From Bdellovibrionota bacterium (lineage in GTDB: Bacteria; Bdellovibrionota_C; UBA2361; JBIKUX01), in assembly GCA_044347345.1 (NCBI GenBank), contig JBIKUX010000012.1, forward strand, positions 1 to 64,000: a stretch of 64,000 bases of DNA, written 5' to 3'. Positions 60,256-64,000 of the stretch are shown one piece after another (positions within the stretch are counted from its first letter, which is position 1; each line of letters begins with the position of its first letter). The translations under genes and the position numbers were made by a program. The notes beneath the pieces are model-generated. The model ran no database searches. It was given only the letters and a program-made list of their open reading frames with translations, and had not been told where the DNA came from.

Positions 60256-60894
60256 CTACCGAGTTGCTGCTTCAGCACGTTTTTTTGCTTCCTCACGCGC
60301 TTTGCGTTCAGCTTCGTCTAAATATCTAAACGTAGTCGCTGTACATGAGGTTTTTAATCGGACTTCCTTCACCTCTTTTTTTTCAATTTGAACCACTGGA
60401 TCAATCATGATTATGTCGCTTAGGTTTACAATTCTATCTAATCGACCTACCTCATCAAAAAATGTAGCTACTTGATGAAATCCACCCTCCACCGAAATAG
60501 CCACTGGCACTTCAGCATAAAAGTCCTGAATAACCTCAGGCTTTGGCTTAAATAAACTGACATCTAACCCCGCATCCTTAGCTAATCCTGAGATTGACGA
60601 TAAAAGAGTTGGAATCTCAGCTTTATCAGGAAGCTCCTTCATAACCTCCCTTAGCTGGCGATCAAGCTCTTGAACGGCCGCTCTAGCGCGTGGAAGCTCT
60701 CTAGCGAGTCGCTCTTCAGTATTTATTTGACTAATCAGCCTTGCTCGCTCTTCCTGCATAGTCTTAAGTTCCTTGACTAAGCCTGAATAAGACAACCACC
60801 AGAAAAGCCAAACTATTAATACGAGAGACCCAACCCATGCGAGAGCACGCTGCCACTTTGGCCACGACATGATTTTATCTATCAATATCTCCAT
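60256..60894 (-). CDS. pilO: Type IV pilus assembly protein PilO
   Basis: LPDKAEIPTLL, FYAEVPV, FHQVATFF...LDRIVN, ATTFRY. Confidence 0.93.
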   Translation of the reverse strand: MEILIDKIMSWPKWQRALAWVGSLVLIVWLFWWLSYSGLVKELKTMQEERARLISQINTEERLARELPRARAAVQELDRQLREVMKELPDKAEIPTLLSSISGLAKDAGLDVSLFKPKPEVIQDFYAEVPVAISVEGGFHQVATFFDEVGRLDRIVNLSDIIMIDPVVQIEKKEVKEVRLKTSCTATTFRYLDEAERKAREEAKKRAEAATR

Positions 60895-60941
60895 GGTGTC
60901 CTTGAGCTGATACAATACTGACAAGTTCTACTTTTCAAACT

Positions 60942-61541
60942 TTACTTTTCCGAGGCAGGACTACTACCACTTTGTTCCACATTCCTCTTACTTCCAGCCT
61001 CACCCGCATAGTTCACACCGGCTTTGAGCGTGAACTGCTTGACCTTAACGCCTTTCTGGTCAATCTGACTTGTTTCCTCAAGTTGTACTTTGGCAATATG
61101 ATTAGAACGCTCAAGCTGCTGCATAAAAAGTGCAGTTGTCTCATCATCGAGCGAAATGCCAGTCAGCTGAAGCTGTTTGCCTTTTTCTTCCATTCTAGTG
61201 AGCCAACTTCTCATCGGAACAGAATCGTTTAAATCAGAGAGCATCCGTACTGGTCCTGATTTAGCCTGCTTTAGTTGCGCCATTATTGATAGTTTGTTGG
61301 CAAGCTCCTTTTTCTTTTCTTCAAGAAGCCGTACTTCTTTAGTAACCTCTTTGAGCTTAGTTAACTTTACTTTTAGTTCCTCTGTTTCTACTGAAATTTG
61401 TCCAATCCGAGAACTAGTCACTGAATAGAGTAGAAAACAGCAAATACCAACCGCTAAAACAGATGCACCATAAAGAATAGCTAGGATGGTTCCAGAATGG
61501 TCAACTACAGTCTCATCTCCGAGTAGGTTTATTTTTATCAT
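60942..61541 (-). CDS. pilN: Type IV pilus assembly protein PilN
   Basis: MIKINLL motif, TM, coiled coil, WLT. Confidence 0.92.
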   Translation of the reverse strand: MIKINLLGDETVVDHSGTILAILYGASVLAVGICCFLLYSVTSSRIGQISVETEELKVKLTKLKEVTKEVRLLEEKKKELANKLSIMAQLKQAKSGPVRMLSDLNDSVPMRSWLTRMEEKGKQLQLTGISLDDETTALFMQQLERSNHIAKVQLEETSQIDQKGVKVKQFTLKAGVNYAGEAGSKRNVEQSGSSPASEK

Positions 61542-61569
61542 TGCTAACGCTCCATCCGGAATCTGTTAT

Positions 61570-62655
61570 TTACTTTACTCCCGACGGAACAAGACGGTCG
61601 CCAGGAAATCTTAAAGCAAGACCAACACAAATTCCCATGAGTGGCGCTATCTCTTTGAGATAAGCAGCATCATATTGTCCACCCGTTTCGATTCCTCTAA
61701 AAGGATTCATCAATGAACACTCAATACCAGTTTTTTCACTTAACTCTTGTGGTAAGCCCTGAATTAACGACCCTCCACCTGTAAGTAAGATGCGATCAAT
61801 ACCTTCATTTGAACCGGATGCATTCCAAAAAAAGCTTAAATGGCGATTAAATTCAGATACAAGATATTCTATTCCTCTGGTGGTTATATCTTTCAGCATT
61901 GAATAATAGGGAGAATTTTTATCTCTACTTATTTTCAGCTCACTGGCTTCCTGTAAGGGAATACTTAAGCCCTCGGAGATCGATTCCGTTAACATTCGTC
62001 CACCAACTGGAATATCTCCGGTAAAAACTGAATCACCACCACGACAGATATTTATACTTGAGTATCTTTCGCCAATATTAACCAATCCGATTGTTGCATC
62101 GATTAATTCTGGATATGAAACCTCAAACATATTTTGTAGAGCGAAGTGATCTACATCAACTACACCAACGTCAATTTGTGCCGCTGCAAATGTCTCGATA
62201 AGCGTATCAATTATTTCGTTCTTCACCGCTACAACAAGAACTTCAAGATTGTTTTTTCCGGACTCACCGACTATATGGTAATCTATTCTTACAGCCTCTA
62301 TGCTGTGGGGTATAAAATTAGCGGCCTCAAACCGAATATGTTGTTCAATTTCTGCTAGAGGCATGCGAGGTATTTTAATTTTCCTAGTAAAAACGGATGG
62401 TCCGGGTACAGCTGTAACAACCCGCTTACCAAAGAGACCATGTTCTTCAAATAAACGTGAGATAATTTCTCCCACCTCTTGTACTCTGCCTATGGCATTT
62501 CCAGAAAAAATCTCTTTATTAATAGGAACATTCCCCACTGTGAGTAAACTTGGGGGATCTTGACCAACGTCAAGTTCAATAATCTTTACTGAGGAAGATC
62601 CGATATCAACCGCAATGAGGCTACTCTCTTTTTTAAAAAAATTTAGAAGCATCAC
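61570..62655 (-). CDS. pilM: Type IV pilus assembly protein PilM
   Basis: AVDIGSSSVK, VVDVDHFAL, LTGGGS, GLALR. Confidence 0.94.
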   Translation of the reverse strand: MMLLNFFKKESSLIAVDIGSSSVKIIELDVGQDPPSLLTVGNVPINKEIFSGNAIGRVQEVGEIISRLFEEHGLFGKRVVTAVPGPSVFTRKIKIPRMPLAEIEQHIRFEAANFIPHSIEAVRIDYHIVGESGKNNLEVLVVAVKNEIIDTLIETFAAAQIDVGVVDVDHFALQNMFEVSYPELIDATIGLVNIGERYSSINICRGGDSVFTGDIPVGGRMLTESISEGLSIPLQEASELKISRDKNSPYYSMLKDITTRGIEYLVSEFNRHLSFFWNASGSNEGIDRILLTGGGSLIQGLPQELSEKTGIECSLMNPFRGIETGGQYDAAYLKEIAPLMGICVGLALRFPGDRLVPSGVK

Positions 62656-62906
62656 TCCCTCTTCATTGCTTCATCGCAGCCCAATTTGATGGTTACAGCG
62701 CGCATTTTCTTTTCCCCTAAACAACTCTCATTCTTTTTCACAAAATGTTTTTAAAAGACTTATGAACGATGCAAACTAGAAAGTAAGATGCAGACGAGCA
62801 ATGCTTTTGCTCAGCTTTATTGATGTGAAAGAACAATTATGAAAGATAATTAAATATTAATTTATAATATAAAAAGACACATCAACATAAATACTGTTCT
62901 ATAATT

Positions 62907-64000
62907 ATGTCTCATGAAAATTCTAAAACAACAGTGCAACAAAGAAAAATTTATATCGATGTAGCAGTATACCCTTTACCACATTTGCTTACATACAAAT
63001 TACCGGAATCAGCAGAGACATTAGAAGTAGGTGATGCCGTTTTAGTACCTCTTAAAAATCGGACGACTAAAGGGATTATAATCTCGCATACTGACATCAT
63101 AAACGATTACGAAAACTCCGCTAACACAGAATTTCACCCAAGAGAATTCGATGGTAAAAAACTCAATTATATTGGAACTACTCCAGAGGTAGTTGAGTTA
63201 TGTAAGTGGGCAAGCAATTATTATGGTTATCCACTGAGTGTAGTTCTTGATACAGCTTTACCATCAAGTATTTCTTTCAGAGAGAAAAAAGATACTTTTT
63301 TGTGTCTTAACGAATTAAAGGATAATTCTTTAATCCTTACAAGAGCCAGAAAAAAGCTTTGTCAAGAGCTTGTTGATTTATTAAAGGATAACGGCGGATC
63401 AATTAACAAAGAGCAGCTTGAGCTTGCTTTTCCTGGTAAATGGCGACATATAAATCTGCTTGCAAAACAAACTGGTTTATTCACAATAAAATCCGTAGTA
63501 TCAAATACAAGTCCACCATCTTTTAATGAAAAAATCCAAATAGAAGATATTAGCTTAACTCCTACTCAAGCCGATTGTGTTACATCGATTTGTAGAGCGT
63601 ATCAGAAGGGAGAATCAACTCCATTTCTTATTCATGGTGTGACCGGAAGTGGAAAGACTGAGGTTTATATAGAAATAATCCGTCATGTCCTTGGGCAAGG
63701 AGAACAAGCATTACTTCTTGTACCTGAAATTTCCCTTACTCCCCAACTTATCGATCGACTTTCCAATCGTCTTGGCATACCAATCGCCACCCTTCATAGC
63801 GGATTAACAAAAAAAAGCCGAGGAGAATACTGGTGTAAAATCCAGTCTGGATACTATCCAGTTGTAGTTGGTGCTCGTTCATCTATTTTTGCACCACTTT
63901 CTCGCTTAGGAATAATCATTATCGATGAAGAGCATGATGGTGCTTATAAACAATTTGACGGCGTTAGATACAATACTCGAGATCTTGCCGTGACAAGAGC
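62907..64000 (+). CDS. priA: Primosomal protein N' (partial, runs off the window)
   Basis: Not in the ORF track. Manual translation gives IDVAV...LTYKLP...GDAVLVPL, in-frame HGVTGSGKTEVY, LVPEISLTPQ, GARSSIFAP, IIDEEHD. Confidence 0.95.
   Translation, partial: MSHENSKTTVQQRKIYIDVAVYPLPHLLTYKLPESAETLEVGDAVLVPLKNRTTKGIIISHTDIINDYENSANTEFHPREFDGKKLNYIGTTPEVVELCKWASNYYGYPLSVVLDTALPSSISFREKKDTFLCLNELKDNSLILTRARKKLCQELVDLLKDNGGSINKEQLELAFPGKWRHINLLAKQTGLFTIKSVVSNTSPPSFNEKIQIEDISLTPTQADCVTSICRAYQKGESTPFLIHGVTGSGKTEVYIEIIRHVLGQGEQALLLVPEISLTPQLIDRLSNRLGIPIATLHSGLTKKSRGEYWCKIQSGYYPVVVGARSSIFAPLSRLGIIIIDEEHDGAYKQFDGVRYNTRDLAVTR

Noticed and set aside
1014-62563. Short ORF-track entries nested in or antisense to assigned genes (e.g. 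3524-3922, 10397-10807, 19646-19963, 53110-53463, 56146-56421)
   Set aside because: They are shadow ORFs of well-supported genes, with no recognisable motifs.
62768-62812. c-di-GMP-I riboswitch-like GCAAAC..GAAA..GCA upstream of pilM
   Set aside because: It is on the wrong strand for pilM, P2 pairing is poor, and there is no recognisable P3/receptor.

Overview
An AT-rich, gene-dense bacterial chromosomal segment with no CRISPR array, integrase, transposase, phage gene or rRNA that I can recognise. The gene content (pilM-N-O-Q near accB-accC, a Tad/Flp locus, VKOR-DsbA fusion, kdsB, TonB receptor, HiPIP) suggests a diderm of the Bdellovibrionota/former Deltaproteobacteria type; this is inference. 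From left to right: GT2, folP and VKOR-DsbA; a MacAB-type ABC operon split by an inverted kdsB; two large DUF2298 (YYY) membrane proteins; HiPIP and queH; a Chlamydia-like class Ic (Mn/Fe, radical-Tyr-less) ribonucleotide reductase with a three-ATP-cone NrdA and tandem NrdR boxes; a MetG C-terminal domain, tatD and an MBL hydrolase; ctaA; a NUDIX hydrolase; a secretin-less Tad locus coupled to a PilB-N-terminus/receiver hybrid, a hybrid kinase and an RluA-RlmI fusion; rlmD; an ABC exporter; an SDR; a GT-C protein; a TonB receptor; pcm; tRNA-Asn with a duplicated 3' end; ffs-dnaX-ybaB-recR; an orphan with a sigma54-like promoter; accB-accC, DUF1573 and a membrane J-protein; pilMNOQ without pilP followed by two lipoproteins and a TPR protein; and partial priA. 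The best candidate for an undescribed system is the Tad + ATPase-less PilB-REC + hybrid kinase module. All family calls come from motif recognition, not database searches.
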